A DNA stretch of 57,269 nucleotides, counting the filler, from Globobulimina sp. (Eukaryota): assembly GCA_003354225.1 (NCBI GenBank). It is 5 parts of 5 records of this genome, joined end to end, with 100 filler letters (N's around TTAATTAATTAA, not from the genome) between each part and the next. Parts side by side here need not be neighbours in the genome. Positions count along the whole stretch, not along the records: positions 24,002 to 35,079 come from PIVH01000015.1; positions 35,180 to 46,206 come from PIVH01000016.1; 3 more parts are not named here. The stretch is one strand, 5' to 3'. The stretch's first letter is position 1. Each line of letters begins with the position of its first letter. The position numbers and the translations under genes were made by a program. The notes beneath the pieces were generated by a model, which was given only the letters and a program-made list of their open reading frames with translations, searched no databases and was not told where the DNA came from. This document shows positions 26,548-37,917 of the stretch, in pieces.

Positions 26548-29500
26548 ATGGCAGGTAAAATGCTTTTTGGAACAAATAAGCTGGGAAGACAGAAACGCAT
26601 ATTAAAATGCAATCCATCGACATTTGATGGTTGTGAGTGGATGCCCAACTTCAAAGGCTCACAACGAGGCTGCGTCTTAAAAGTATCCAATGACTATCTA
26701 ACCCGATTTGGTGTTAAAAAACGATCCCAAGTTGACGCCATAAACGGTATTGATCACAGCAACCACGGTTTTAAAAAAATATTAAAAATAATCAATGAGA
26801 ACCTCAAATCAGGGCAACAGTTCACAGTCACATTCATGACCTCCGATGTAACCGTCAAAACCGTAGAAATCTTTTTTCGCGGTGCCTTTTGTCCATCGGT
26901 TGAGTTTTGTGCAGAAGGCGATGGCACAAACTTTATCATCGAAAACATTCCCTACGACTCCAGCACAAAGAAACTGATTGAAAACGGCGAGCTAAAATGC
27001 GGCTGGCGAGTCACCAAAGTAAAGTCCTCCAAAGTGATTGGCAAAAAATATGAAGAGATCAGCAAAATGATACTCTCCGCCTCCAATGATATGCGCATTG
27101 ATTATTCAGTCGTGTTCGAAGAAGGCGATATGTCATGGTATAATTTCGAAGAACCTCCACCGGAGCCACTAAAGAAGAAACATGAACGAAAAGGATCGGG
27201 CCGATGGCTCAACACAAAGCGCAAAAACAAGACAAATAATCTGAAAAAAAAATCGGGCCGACATGCACGTGGAAGCAGCAAAGGCAGCACCAACAAGAAA
27301 AACGGACATAAGTACTCCTCGTCAATGTCGCTTGGTTTTGACATCGCATCCATTGACTTCGACGACCTGAAAGATGGAGATATGTCTGGAGCGGCATCGG
27401 ATGGTAATATGGGCGGAAAGTCGCGTTCGCCGAGCTTCTCTTCGCTGGCGTCTGTGACTGAGGACAAGTTATCCTTTGACACGTTTGAGCTGACCGACGA
27501 TAATGTCGTTGTTCCGGTGTCTCCGGCAAAGCGGCCGATGTTGCAAGTTATACACAGCGGTGGTCATGATTTGGTATTGAACCACGAGACTGTCGCTGCT
27601 GTGGTCAGTGACGGCAACAGTCCTTTTCCACCCACACCGACTACGGCAAAATCAAAGTCAAAGACTAAGAAAAGTGTCAATTTCAATGCTGCGGTCGGTG
27701 GCAGTGGCGGTGGCGGTGCAGTGACAGTGGCGAATATTCCTATTGTTACTATACCGGCCATCAAAGAAGTGGTGAATGTGAATGTAAGCTGCGATTTGTG
27801 TGGGAAACTGTTTGTGATTAAAGATAATGAATTGGAGTATCATAGTTTGTGTCAGATTGCTGTGGAGAATGAGGATGAAAAAGTTGAAAATGGGCAGGCG
27901 GAGATGAAATATAATGGATTATGTGTAACGTGCTTGAATATGGAATGTGTGGTGGAATTGAATAAATTCGACGCAATCACGTTAGCACCGCATGAGAGTG
28001 GACATTGTGTTTGCATTTGTTATGTCGACGTCAATATCCACAAATATCTAAAATGGATCATTGTCGATAAGGATAGGAAAGAAAAGAAAATCAAAGATAA
28101 AAATCTAAAAATCGGACTCAATTTTATAATATTAGCGATTAATAATATCAATGTCGAACACGAGTCGTTTGAGGTAATATTCGCAATGTATTATCAACAG
28201 AAAAAGTCGAAAAAAGTCAGATTAAAATTGCGCAAACATTTCACTGCCACGCATTTAAAGATTGTCACCGCATATCATACGCATACGGACCAATTGCTGG
28301 CACTGCAACGACAATCGCAGGAAAAGCAAAAAGCAGATCTGGCCAAAAAAGCGTTGCTAACCAGGAACACAAACAAAACCATGATCGATTCAGATCCCTC
28401 GGACGAAGACAGCGTATCAGAAGAAGAAGAATATACACATCGACCGAGCAGTACACGGTCCTCTAAACGCAGTAAATCGCGTCCCTCTAAACATCGACGT
28501 AAGAAATCCGCGAAAAATATACGTTTATCGCACACCTCGAACGATTACGAATTCTCCGATTATGGCGCTGCAGAGGAACACAAATCAGTGTCGCAACTGA
28601 TTGAAGAGCACGATGGTATGGTATTTATCCACGAAGCCGAGAAGTTGGAAGCTGATGGACAATGGGAACTGGCTGCGATTACCTACGAGAAAGGCGTGCA
28701 TCTCTTGGACGATTATCAGAAACTGCTGCAATTATCGACGCGCGAAAAGCGAGCCTATCGACAGGAATTGGCAGAGTATCGCAGGAAAATGCTGTTGGTA
28801 CAAAACAGATTGATACGCAAATCAAACACGCCTCGAAGCTCCAAACAGGACAAAGACAAAGAAAAGGAAAGAGAGCAAAAGGAGAAGGACAAAGAAAAGG
28901 AGAAAGAGGAAGGCGATGATGAGGAGGCGGGCAATAATAAGAAAAAAGAGAAAATCAATGATGCGGATAAAGCATTCCGCGACCGATTGATGGGTGACAT
29001 TATCACGGAAGCGCCCAATGTGTCGTTCAAAGATGTGACGGGTTTATTAAATGTGAAGTTAGCATTGTATGAATGTGTGATTTTGCCGCAAAAACGGCCG
29101 GAGCTGTTCACCGGTTTACGCAAACCTGCCGCGGGTTTGCTGCTGTTTGGGCCGCCCGGCAACGGCAAGACTATGATCGCAAAGTGTGTCGCCACTGAGT
29201 GTGATGCTACGTTTTTCAGTATCTCTGCCTCGTCGATTACGAGTAAGTACGTAGGCGAAGCTGAGAGGATAATGCGGACTCTGTTCAATATGGCGAGGGA
29301 GAAGCAGCCGAGCATTATCTTCATCGATGAGATTGACTCTTTGTTGACTGCGCGCGGCGGGAATAACGAAGCGGAGAGCAGTCGGAGGATAAAGACGGAG
29401 TTTTTGGTGCAGTTTGACGGCGTGAAAGCTACTGCGGATGGCAAGGATGCGCATGTGTTGATTATTGGTGCCACCAATTTGCCGGAACAATTGGATGAAG

Positions 29501-29925
29501 CGGTGCTGCGCCGCTTTGGCAAACGGATTCTTGTACCGGTACCGGATGAAGATGCGAGGTATGGAATATTGCGCAATCTGACCAGTCAACAAAAGAATAA
29601 CTTGAATGAGGAGAATTTTAAGAAAATAGTGCAACGCACGAATTTATATTCTGCCTCGGATTTGACGCAAGTTTGCAAAGATGCTTCGATGGGACCGCTG
29701 CGAGATTTGGGTACATCGATATTGGACATGGATAATATTGTTGAAGTGGGACCGATTGAATTGAAACATTTTGAAGCTGCACTGAAAAATGTACGTGCCA
29801 GTGTGAAACAGGAGTCGTTGATGCAATATCAAAAATGGAATAAGCAGTTTGGCTCGAAATTGACTTTTGAGCTATCGGCGCTGCCTACAAATATGCACGC
29901 TCATCCCATTCAACCTTTGGAATGA
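26548..29925 (+). CDS. Spastin-like microtubule-severing AAA ATPase with MIT and N-terminal PDZ-like segments
   Basis: Walker A 'GLLLFGPPGNGKT', 'ITSKYVGE', Walker B 'IIFIDEIDSLL', 'SRRIKTEFLVQFDG', 'LDEAVLRRF'; MIT-like 'EAEKLEADGQWELAAITYEKGV'. Confidence 0.85.
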   Translation: MAGKMLFGTNKLGRQKRILKCNPSTFDGCEWMPNFKGSQRGCVLKVSNDYLTRFGVKKRSQVDAINGIDHSNHGFKKILKIINENLKSGQQFTVTFMTSDVTVKTVEIFFRGAFCPSVEFCAEGDGTNFIIENIPYDSSTKKLIENGELKCGWRVTKVKSSKVIGKKYEEISKMILSASNDMRIDYSVVFEEGDMSWYNFEEPPPEPLKKKHERKGSGRWLNTKRKNKTNNLKKKSGRHARGSSKGSTNKKNGHKYSSSMSLGFDIASIDFDDLKDGDMSGAASDGNMGGKSRSPSFSSLASVTEDKLSFDTFELTDDNVVVPVSPAKRPMLQVIHSGGHDLVLNHETVAAVVSDGNSPFPPTPTTAKSKSKTKKSVNFNAAVGGSGGGGAVTVANIPIVTIPAIKEVVNVNVSCDLCGKLFVIKDNELEYHSLCQIAVENEDEKVENGQAEMKYNGLCVTCLNMECVVELNKFDAITLAPHESGHCVCICYVDVNIHKYLKWIIVDKDRKEKKIKDKNLKIGLNFIILAINNINVEHESFEVIFAMYYQQKKSKKVRLKLRKHFTATHLKIVTAYHTHTDQLLALQRQSQEKQKADLAKKALLTRNTNKTMIDSDPSDEDSVSEEEEYTHRPSSTRSSKRSKSRPSKHRRKKSAKNIRLSHTSNDYEFSDYGAAEEHKSVSQLIEEHDGMVFIHEAEKLEADGQWELAAITYEKGVHLLDDYQKLLQLSTREKRAYRQELAEYRRKMLLVQNRLIRKSNTPRSSKQDKDKEKEREQKEKDKEKEKEEGDDEEAGNNKKKEKINDADKAFRDRLMGDIITEAPNVSFKDVTGLLNVKLALYECVILPQKRPELFTGLRKPAAGLLLFGPPGNGKTMIAKCVATECDATFFSISASSITSKYVGEAERIMRTLFNMAREKQPSIIFIDEIDSLLTARGGNNEAESSRRIKTEFLVQFDGVKATADGKDAHVLIIGATNLPEQLDEAVLRRFGKRILVPVPDEDARYGILRNLTSQQKNNLNEENFKKIVQRTNLYSASDLTQVCKDASMGPLRDLGTSILDMDNIVEVGPIELKHFEAALKNVRASVKQESLMQYQKWNKQFGSKLTFELSALPTNMHAHPIQPLE

Positions 29926-30305
29926 GTGCTTTAATATTATGTGTTCTTTTGTTTTGTTTTGTTATCATTTGTTGAATATGAAATGTGTACGTTTAAGCTG
30001 TTTTTAATCTCACCAGGTTTTGTTTCGCACTGACTACCGGTAAGACACTAAGTTGCAATATTTTGTTAAAAATGTTGCTTTGTGTTGTACATATTTTAAA
30101 CTTTTGAATCGATCTGAATCTGAATGTCGTTGAAGGGTTTTGAAGAATTTTGGATTACTATGGTTTATTTATCGAAATTAAAGGTCGTAATATCTTATCT
30201 TAATATTTAAATTTAAAATTAAGCGATCAACAAGAATATCTGATATAATTATCACTGATATAAAAGTTGAGACAAATTAATTAATTCGATTCATTGAGAT
30301 ACAAA

Positions 30306-31118
30306 TTAGCTTGTTTTGGCTGCTCGCAGTGGATTCATAATTAATTGCTTACGAAAAGCAATCACTTTCTTAAATTCATCCTCATCATCAACTTGTTTTT
30401 TGGTTGGCCATGGCTCATTTTTATATAATTCAATAATATCTAATTTTTCACCACAGGCTTGCTTAAAAAAATTAATTTCTAATTTTATGCAATTGCAAAC
30501 AATTTGAACGGATAATTCTTTGTCGAGTTTGCCGCGATCATACAATTTATTCATCCATTTTTCATTTCGCAGCGCTGATTTATCACTCAAATTACCATCC
30601 ACCCAAAACTGATACAAATTGTTATTCTTCCCGTTCTCTTCATTTTTCTTTAATGTTTTTCCAATAAAAGGCCACAATTTTACGCACGCATAAAATACAA
30701 CAAATACATATTCGGGGCCATACTTATTGGTAACATATGATTCATACTCTAAATATTCATTTAATTCATCACAAATTACAATACCCTTTGGTTTCACATA
30801 ATATTTATTGCACAATGATTGGGCATAACTTTGCCATGATTTGCTTCTTGATTCACAATATTGTTGAATATCAAATTTATTTTGTTGTTTGGCTTGTTTT
30901 GCGGTACGTTTCCAAGTTTCTGATCCATGTTCTAAATACACAATATCTTGCACCATAAATTGTGCATAATTGTCCACAGGTAATGTCCCATTGGCAATTC
31001 CAGTCAGGAAGTTTGTATGTAATGCTTTTTGAGGGAGTTTACGTTGTAAACATTCTGCCCATATTTCAGCAGAAAAATATTGATCTCTTTCTTTCTCTTC
31101 TCGCTCGAAATTTAACAT
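30306..31118 (-). CDS. TenA/thiaminase II family protein
   Basis: 'FLTGIANGTL...QFMVQDIVYL', 'ACVKLWPFIG', 'YQFWV', 'LEINFF'. Confidence 0.8.
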   Translation of the reverse strand: MLNFEREEKERDQYFSAEIWAECLQRKLPQKALHTNFLTGIANGTLPVDNYAQFMVQDIVYLEHGSETWKRTAKQAKQQNKFDIQQYCESRSKSWQSYAQSLCNKYYVKPKGIVICDELNEYLEYESYVTNKYGPEYVFVVFYACVKLWPFIGKTLKKNEENGKNNNLYQFWVDGNLSDKSALRNEKWMNKLYDRGKLDKELSVQIVCNCIKLEINFFKQACGEKLDIIELYKNEPWPTKKQVDDEDEFKKVIAFRKQLIMNPLRAAKTS

Positions 31119-31607
31119 TTTATTCTCTTGATTTGATGATTGTCACAGAAGTAGATCACAGGAGTGAAAAGAGTAAATGTAAAGTGTAAATGTAAAGTAA
31201 CTTCAGTAAAAAGCTGCAACTTATTTGAATATTTATACGAATGGTGATACTAAATCTTATTGTCGTCAACAATTTCATTACTTTATCATAATGAACCCTG
31301 TCCAGATTCAGATAATTATAATATTGCGAAAGCATTGCTACTCACAAAGTACGAACAAGATAAGTTCAATGGATTTTATTTTATATATGGTTTTCAGATA
31401 GCAAACGTATAGCATTTGAATTGTCGATAAAAATTGAATTGTTTGCAAATGAAATTGATATTATAACGACGTTACTTTTGTGATTGAACTTTAAGAATGG
31501 TGCATAACTAAGCAACTAAGAATTCATCTAACCACTTTTGTATACAAATAGTATACTCAGAAGCAAACGTGACTGACGTATAATATAAACGTGTCATCAT
31601 TCACCAC

Positions 31608-32621
31608 ATGTACATTATTCCCGAAACAAAAGATTTAAATAATGCGGCAATTGAGAAAAATGCATTGTCCGCAGGCGAATCTCAACGTTTTAAATCAATC
31701 ATCGACTCATCAATAGACAGTTTAAACATAGCTCAACTTTTACATAAACAGAACTTTACGCATTATACCAATTATATTGGCAATATAGATAATAATAGAG
31801 ATTACAATGATGCACAAATGATTGATAATAAGTTTGAAGAAATAATGGATTTATTCCGGCAAACAAGCAACGAATTGGATAAAAAGCAATGTTGGAATAC
31901 ACTGAAATTATTTATAACAAACAAATTTGAAATAAAAAAAGAAAGACAAGAATTATTAAAACTGATTTGTGATATTATTCAACGAAAAAAAGAAATTGAA
32001 AATGAAATAATAAATGAAAGAAAAGAATTTACAAAACAAGAAAATATGATGATAAAAGATATTAATATTTTACAGAAACGATTTAATATTTTAGATCATC
32101 AAAGTAATGAGGATTTGCATTATGAAAAAGCAATATGTTCATCACAACGATCATCATTAAATACATTATATAATAATAAAATAGATTTAATTGAAAATGA
32201 GAAGAATTTATTATGCGCGGATTTGAACAATGAAGAAATAGTCCATAAGCATTGTATAAATTATTTGGATCATCATAATAAATCTGTTATTCATTCAATA
32301 CAAAAAACAAAGAAAATGCAGTTTGATAATGTGGAATGTGCAGATAAAATGATATCGGAATTACGTGCATCATTTAATAATATAACCAATCAATATAATG
32401 AAATAAATGAGAAAGTCATTTCATTCCAAAACAAGAAACGTGACAAGGAATTAAATATAAAATTATTGGATCAAAAACAGAAACAACTACAAATTGAGAA
32501 AACAAAAGAAATCACATCGCATGTCTTTCAAAAAATTGTTGCAAAATTTAATAAAAAAAAACCTAAAAAAGTTGCAAAAAAGAAAAAAACAAAGAAAGGG
32601 AAAAAGAAGAAGAAAAAGTGA
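31608..32621 (+). CDS. Coiled-coil protein resembling dynein regulatory complex protein 10 (IQCD)
   Basis: 'ESQRFKSIIDSSIDSL' N-terminus, long coiled coil, degenerate IQ-like end and KKGKKKKK tail. Confidence 0.45.
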   Translation: MYIIPETKDLNNAAIEKNALSAGESQRFKSIIDSSIDSLNIAQLLHKQNFTHYTNYIGNIDNNRDYNDAQMIDNKFEEIMDLFRQTSNELDKKQCWNTLKLFITNKFEIKKERQELLKLICDIIQRKKEIENEIINERKEFTKQENMMIKDINILQKRFNILDHQSNEDLHYEKAICSSQRSSLNTLYNNKIDLIENEKNLLCADLNNEEIVHKHCINYLDHHNKSVIHSIQKTKKMQFDNVECADKMISELRASFNNITNQYNEINEKVISFQNKKRDKELNIKLLDQKQKQLQIEKTKEITSHVFQKIVAKFNKKKPKKVAKKKKTKKGKKKKKK

Positions 32622-32697
32622 TTTTAATTAATTTTAACTTTACTTGAAAGGTTTTTACAGAAACGTTTTTCTGTTTCTTGCATTTTCTTAATCAACA

Positions 32698-33582
32698 ATG
32701 GCTCAGCAGCCAGGCACAGAGGAGAAGAAAGACAATGATATGAAAGAAGAAAATAATTTATTTAAATTAAAACAACAGTTTGATGTAACGTTAGTAAAAT
32801 TTGAGTATGATAATAAGGAAGATTCAAAATGTATACGTCTTACATTCGTTGATAAAGGATCAGAAAATAAATTTCAAACTTATGAGAAAATATATACTGT
32901 CAGAGATTGCATTCAAATTAAAAAAGAAATTGGTTTTGGTGGAATGCAGGTGCATGATTTTATTAATTTGGTGATGGATGCTTTATCATCACAAGATAAA
33001 TCATATTCTGTTGAATTTCAAGTTGAACATTCAAAAGTGTTAACATTAAATGTGGCACACAGTCCCAGCAAATATATGAATATTAAATTTGCATTAACTA
33101 TTCCTGCCAAACAAATGAATCAAAATGATTTATTAAAATTACGTTTAAAAGACGCTGAGAATAAAATCAAACAACTTACACAAAAATTAAATATTTATCA
33201 AACAAAATGGAAACAGGTTGCAGTACAAAATCCAATATCGACCACAGATTCAACCACTTATAATGCGGATAATTATTTAGTATCAATTACATTGCCACAG
33301 AAAGCAGGAAGATATTTATGTCAATTTTCATTTTCTGCACAAGCTACAAAACATTGGACTCATTGGTGGTTTAAACAGGGAAATACAATTATAGCAAATA
33401 AAAATCTTGCAGGAACGCATAATTTGAATGGTGGATATAAGACTGTATCTCAAATGGCTGTGGTAACTTTAAATGGAGGTGAAAATGAACAAGAACGGAT
33501 GATAAGAGTATACGCAACTGGAGATGTATCATATCCAGTAATATTTAATAATTGTGTACTTGTATGCGAAGAATTGGATTAG
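32698..33582 (+). CDS. Hypothetical protein (head domain, coiled coil, beta-rich C-terminal domain)
   Basis: Intact 294-aa ORF. Confidence 0.65.
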   Translation: MAQQPGTEEKKDNDMKEENNLFKLKQQFDVTLVKFEYDNKEDSKCIRLTFVDKGSENKFQTYEKIYTVRDCIQIKKEIGFGGMQVHDFINLVMDALSSQDKSYSVEFQVEHSKVLTLNVAHSPSKYMNIKFALTIPAKQMNQNDLLKLRLKDAENKIKQLTQKLNIYQTKWKQVAVQNPISTTDSTTYNADNYLVSITLPQKAGRYLCQFSFSAQATKHWTHWWFKQGNTIIANKNLAGTHNLNGGYKTVSQMAVVTLNGGENEQERMIRVYATGDVSYPVIFNNCVLVCEELD

Positions 33583-33614
33583 TGTGATGTTAATCTGTGT
33601 CGATGTTTAAGGTT

Positions 33615-34358
33615 CTAACGAAGTTTTAATTGCTTTATATTGTCGTCAATAACATGTTTAAACGCCTGTATTGTGTCATTATTTTCGATGATGACATACG
33701 ATTTAATATGTTTTGAATTTTCAAGAATTGATATTTTTTCTTTATTTCCCATTTGACTTTCAATTCTATTCATTGCCTGTTGTTGTTTCAAATTATTTCT
33801 TTGCATTAATCTTAAACAAGCAATGTCTTTTGAAGCTGTTGTCATCCATATTTCATCAAATATAGCCAATGTATGCCATTTTGCTTCCAATAGCACAGCT
33901 GCTTCGATAAAAAGCAGATTGTTAACGTTTTGGTTTTTATTCCGTTTGAATTGAGTGGCAATGTCAACAATTTGTTTCCCGATTATTGGCCACATGATGT
34001 TATTTAAATCATTCATCTTATTTTTATCTGAAAAAACTATCGGACCCAATATTTTACGATCTATTTCTCGTTTTATATTTGAATCTTGTTTGTTTTCATC
34101 TTTATTATTATTTAATTCCTTTATTTTTAACACTTTATCACCAAATGTCTTCACAATCGCATCAATCACAGATTCATTTGTCAGTATTTGATGTCCAAGT
34201 TTATCTGCATTGACTACCTCAAAATTATATTCTTCCTTCAATGTCAAACACAATGATGATTTCCCAGAAGCAATACCACCGCAAACACCAATCACTGTCT
34301 TGTTTATTGTACTATGAGTAATAGTGCCAAGTAAATTATCAAGTGTTTCCAGAGCCAT
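33615..34358 (-). CDS. Dephospho-CoA kinase
   Basis: 'VIGVCGGIASGKS', 'ADKLGH', 'IDRKILGPIVF', 'EAAVLLE', 'RIESQM'. Confidence 0.92.
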   Translation of the reverse strand: MALETLDNLLGTITHSTINKTVIGVCGGIASGKSSLCLTLKEEYNFEVVNADKLGHQILTNESVIDAIVKTFGDKVLKIKELNNNKDENKQDSNIKREIDRKILGPIVFSDKNKMNDLNNIMWPIIGKQIVDIATQFKRNKNQNVNNLLFIEAAVLLEAKWHTLAIFDEIWMTTASKDIACLRLMQRNNLKQQQAMNRIESQMGNKEKISILENSKHIKSYVIIENNDTIQAFKHVIDDNIKQLKLR

Positions 34359-34420
34359 TCTTAAATCTTCAGTAATATTTTTTAAGTTGGTTCGATTCTC
34401 TTTTATTTTACAATCAAACC

Positions 34421-35079
34421 ATGTTACAAATAGCTATATTGAATGTTAAAGGCATGACATGTGCAACGTGCGCAGGTGCAATTGAAAAATTATTACGTCC
34501 ACTCAACGGAATCAATGAAGCCTCAGTCTCATTATTAATGAACCAGGCAGTCGTTGAGTTTGATGAAAATGTTATTAAAATCGAAGATATTATTGAAGAA
34601 ATTGAAGATGTTGGATTTGACGCAAATCTTTCTTCTGTTTCAAAAAAACGAGACAAAACAAACAAGAAAACAATCACTCAAAAACATAATCGCAACAGAA
34701 AAACGTGGTGATTTGGTCATCGAATGTTGACGGAACAAATAACGAACAATATAATCAACGTTTTTTTTATAATATTACCAATTCTTTACCAGGAATTATG
34801 AAGATTATATTTAATAAATCCGATAGTTATAATTTATTGATATATTTTGATAAAACTATTGTTTTACCAATGACTATTACTCATTTATTACAATCAAAAA
34901 ATATTAAAATATCCGATATTTCATTATCGAAAGCATACCCAAACGAATTAAATGACGAAAAAAAAGAAAAAGATAAATTAATAATGAGCGAATTAAAGCA
35001 AATTACATTTCAAATATCCAATAATTTGCATGTTGATGCAGTTGATTTTACTGCAACAATAAAAACGAAATTTAATGAC
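34421..35079 (+). CDS. HMA-domain protein, probably the N-terminus of a Cu-transporting P1B ATPase; truncated
   Basis: 'VKGMTCATC...IEDVGFDA'; continues in another frame into the gap. Confidence 0.7.
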
Positions 35080-35179
35080 NNNNNNNNNNNNNNNNNNNNN
35101 NNNNNNNNNNNNNNNNNNNNNNNTTAATTAATTAANNNNNNNNNNNNNNNNNNNNNNNNNNNNNNNNNNNNNNNNNNNN
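35080..35179. other. Artificial contig linker
   Basis: N44-TTAATTAATTAA-N44. Confidence 0.97.
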
Positions 35180-35233
35180 TTTTAATTAAAAATCTAATTA
35201 ATACATTTTTGATGTACTTTGAAACATTAAAGT

Positions 35234-35281
35234 GACAAACAACGATAAACAACGCGCGACAAACAACGCGACAAACAACGC
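35234..35281 (+). repeat. Short tandem repeat, about 4 copies of AAACAACG
   Basis: gacaaacaacg ataaacaacg cgcgacaaacaacg cgacaaacaacg. Confidence 0.6.
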
Positions 35282-35319
35282 CATAATACTGTGATCGTTG
35301 AAACTAATTAATCCATTAT

Positions 35320-37021
35320 TTATTGATGAAAATCACACATTTCGTTATTTGGTGTGTTCATCCATTGCAAAAATATTCCATCCAATAAATCAACCACAAA
35401 ACATTTCTCATTACTTTCTTGTTTAAACTCATATGCTATGATCGTCAATAATTTCCCTAACCAATTTTTGCCATTCCCGCCACCATCGGCCCATAAATTA
35501 TCACTTTGAGCTTCAACATGCTCAATAAAATAAGTGGGTACATCATTAGTTAAATATTCTTCCATCAAATATCGATTTTGTAAGAATTTCTGTTTCAACG
35601 CATGATATGCAATTTGCAGCTTAATAGCATCCCAATGTTGCCTCAATGGAAAATATCCAGACTCACTCAACCACCATCTCTTTCTTTTACCGCTTCCTTT
35701 TTGTATTAATGTGCCACCAAACGACTCATATAATTTCCTCATTTTATTACTTCGAATATGTAACTTTCCAGATCCACATTTACCACATTCAAAGGGTGTT
35801 AATTGACGCATAAATAAATAATCCCAGACATTGACTGCTTTACTACATTGGAAGACATGTTCTACGGATTTAAACGTAACATTACCGCTTGGCTTTACCA
35901 TCAATGTCGTAACTTGCGATGGCGTGCTGTTTGCTACATAAATCTTTGTGGCAGTATCAATGGTCACATCACTATAAAATAAGCAGGAAAACTGTGCTCC
36001 AAACACTTCTTTCTTCGATGAATGAAACAGCACCACATTCATATCAATGCCATTGCTATTAATCCATGGCACTTTAACTGTTGCTACAGGCAACGTCTTT
36101 GGTCGTTGTATAAAATGCTTGTTATCCTGTTTGTAATCATCATATTTTGTATCATCTCTACTTTTGTTCATTTTTGTGGCAAAACTTAAATCATCATACA
36201 ACGATCTATTCCAATCTTTTGAGCTGCAATGTTTCGTGTAATCAAAGAAAATGTTCTTGTTTCTTCTCAATAACTCAACAACAATTTTGCAAATATTTTT
36301 AACATCGTCGATTCCCGAATGGTGCTTTCCAGTATGTTTAATGCTTAATGCTTGCAACATTGCCATCATTCCACATTTACGTTCTGTTGCCAGCATTCTT
36401 TGAAACACTTCTTTCACATTGATCCATGCTGCAAATAACATCGCAGGTTTACAGAACCCAAACGATGATACTTTGCATTGTTTTGCCCACATAATGTTTA
36501 AATCCTTTATATTTTGTTTATATAATATTTAAATCAGTTAAAATGAAAAAATATTAATATTTATAAAAGCAACAAACCCAATCACCACAAGTTACGATGC
36601 ATGTTCTTGGTGTTGGATCATCTCCATTTGGTAATAAATCATTATCATAGCACCATTTATTCCATTTATCCAATGCTTGTTCAATATATATGCCGTTATC
36701 AACAGTTTTCTGTTCAATTCCAGTTAATTCGGTGCAAAATGGTGTTAATATGGGATTATGTGTTGGTTTTATATATTCATGAAAATAATTTTTTTCTTCG
36801 TCGTATATTGTTTTAGTTTCAATATCAATTACAATGGCTGGCCATTCAATAATTTCAAGTGGTTTAAATTTTTTCTTATCTCTATCACACGTGGCTTCAA
36901 AATCTAACACCACCAATTTTTCGAAATGGAATTTTTTCTTTGTATCTGTTGCATTCTTTTTTATCGCTATTTCTAACACCGATATACAATCACTAATACT
37001 GTGAGTCAGTAACCCACTCAT
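35320..37021 (-). CDS. ERI1-family DEDDh 3'-5' exonuclease fused to a NADAR domain, 2 exons
   Basis: 'VLDFEATC', 'EIIEWP', 'LTPFCTELTGI'; intron 36577-36505 rebuilds 'CGDWDL'; 'HHSGIDD'; then 'SVEHVFQCSKA', 'KQKFLQN', 'DNLWADG..GKNWLGKLL'. Confidence 0.85.
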
Positions 37022-37096
37022 TTGTGATGCGAGCGGTGACTTGAAATGGTTGGATTATGTAATGTTTTTTAGCTAAACGTTGACAGTGCTTCAAAA

Positions 37097-37621
37097 ATGC
37101 CACTTCGTTTAGGGATACCGTTTGCGATTATTTATGTGAATTGGAAAGCAGGTGATTGGATTTATGAGCAAATAAGGTTAAAATGGTATGGATATCATCG
37201 AAGTATGAATAATATATCGTATCGATGGTTTGGTGCAGATGACACCGATATACCGCCACCGAGAAAATATGATTTCAATCAACAACATATCGATCATGGA
37301 AAATTTATATTATACGAAGCATATTTAAATTTACAAAAGAAAGAGCATGTTAAAAAATTTACATCGCCAGATCCTGAATTTGATAAAATACCAAAAATGA
37401 TTACCAATAATGATATTACATTGAAAGAATCGTTGATTTCAGGCAACAGAGAAAAAGATAGATATATTTTTGATAATATTACTGAATTACCACGTTATTA
37501 TCGTAGATGGAGAGATAGAACAAAACCAGAAAGAGATCAGGGCGCAAGGGATTTGGCACGAGAAGGTGTTATTGTGTATGGTGCGCCATATTGGAATGGT
37601 ATCAAATCAACAGACTTATAA
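37097..37621 (+). CDS. Hypothetical protein
   Basis: Intact 174-aa ORF, divergent from the ERI1-NADAR gene. Confidence 0.6.
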   Translation: MPLRLGIPFAIIYVNWKAGDWIYEQIRLKWYGYHRSMNNISYRWFGADDTDIPPPRKYDFNQQHIDHGKFILYEAYLNLQKKEHVKKFTSPDPEFDKIPKMITNNDITLKESLISGNREKDRYIFDNITELPRYYRRWRDRTKPERDQGARDLAREGVIVYGAPYWNGIKSTDL

Positions 37622-37917
37622 AAGCAAGAAATATAACATTTTTTATCCTTGCACAAGCAATAAATTCTTTTGAACAAAAATCTATTTTGTTTCATGTCAA
37701 TTATTTGTTCCTATCGGCGACAACGATCTATTAGCTTTTTGCAGATTGGAATTTTGACAAAAATCATTTTCTAGTAACTACTTTACTAGTTAATACGTAC
37801 TACATTATCCATGGGAAATTTTAATCCATAAGGACCAACAAACAGATAATCCACAGCAGCGACAGGAGCCACAGACCCAACCACACATACAAGCAATTAG
37901 CAACGCAACAACAACAT

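Noticed and set aside
28755-29634. Long antisense ORFs over the AAA domain, and the many short ORFs opposite other genes
   Set aside because: Shadows of real coding strands with low-complexity hydrophobic translations.
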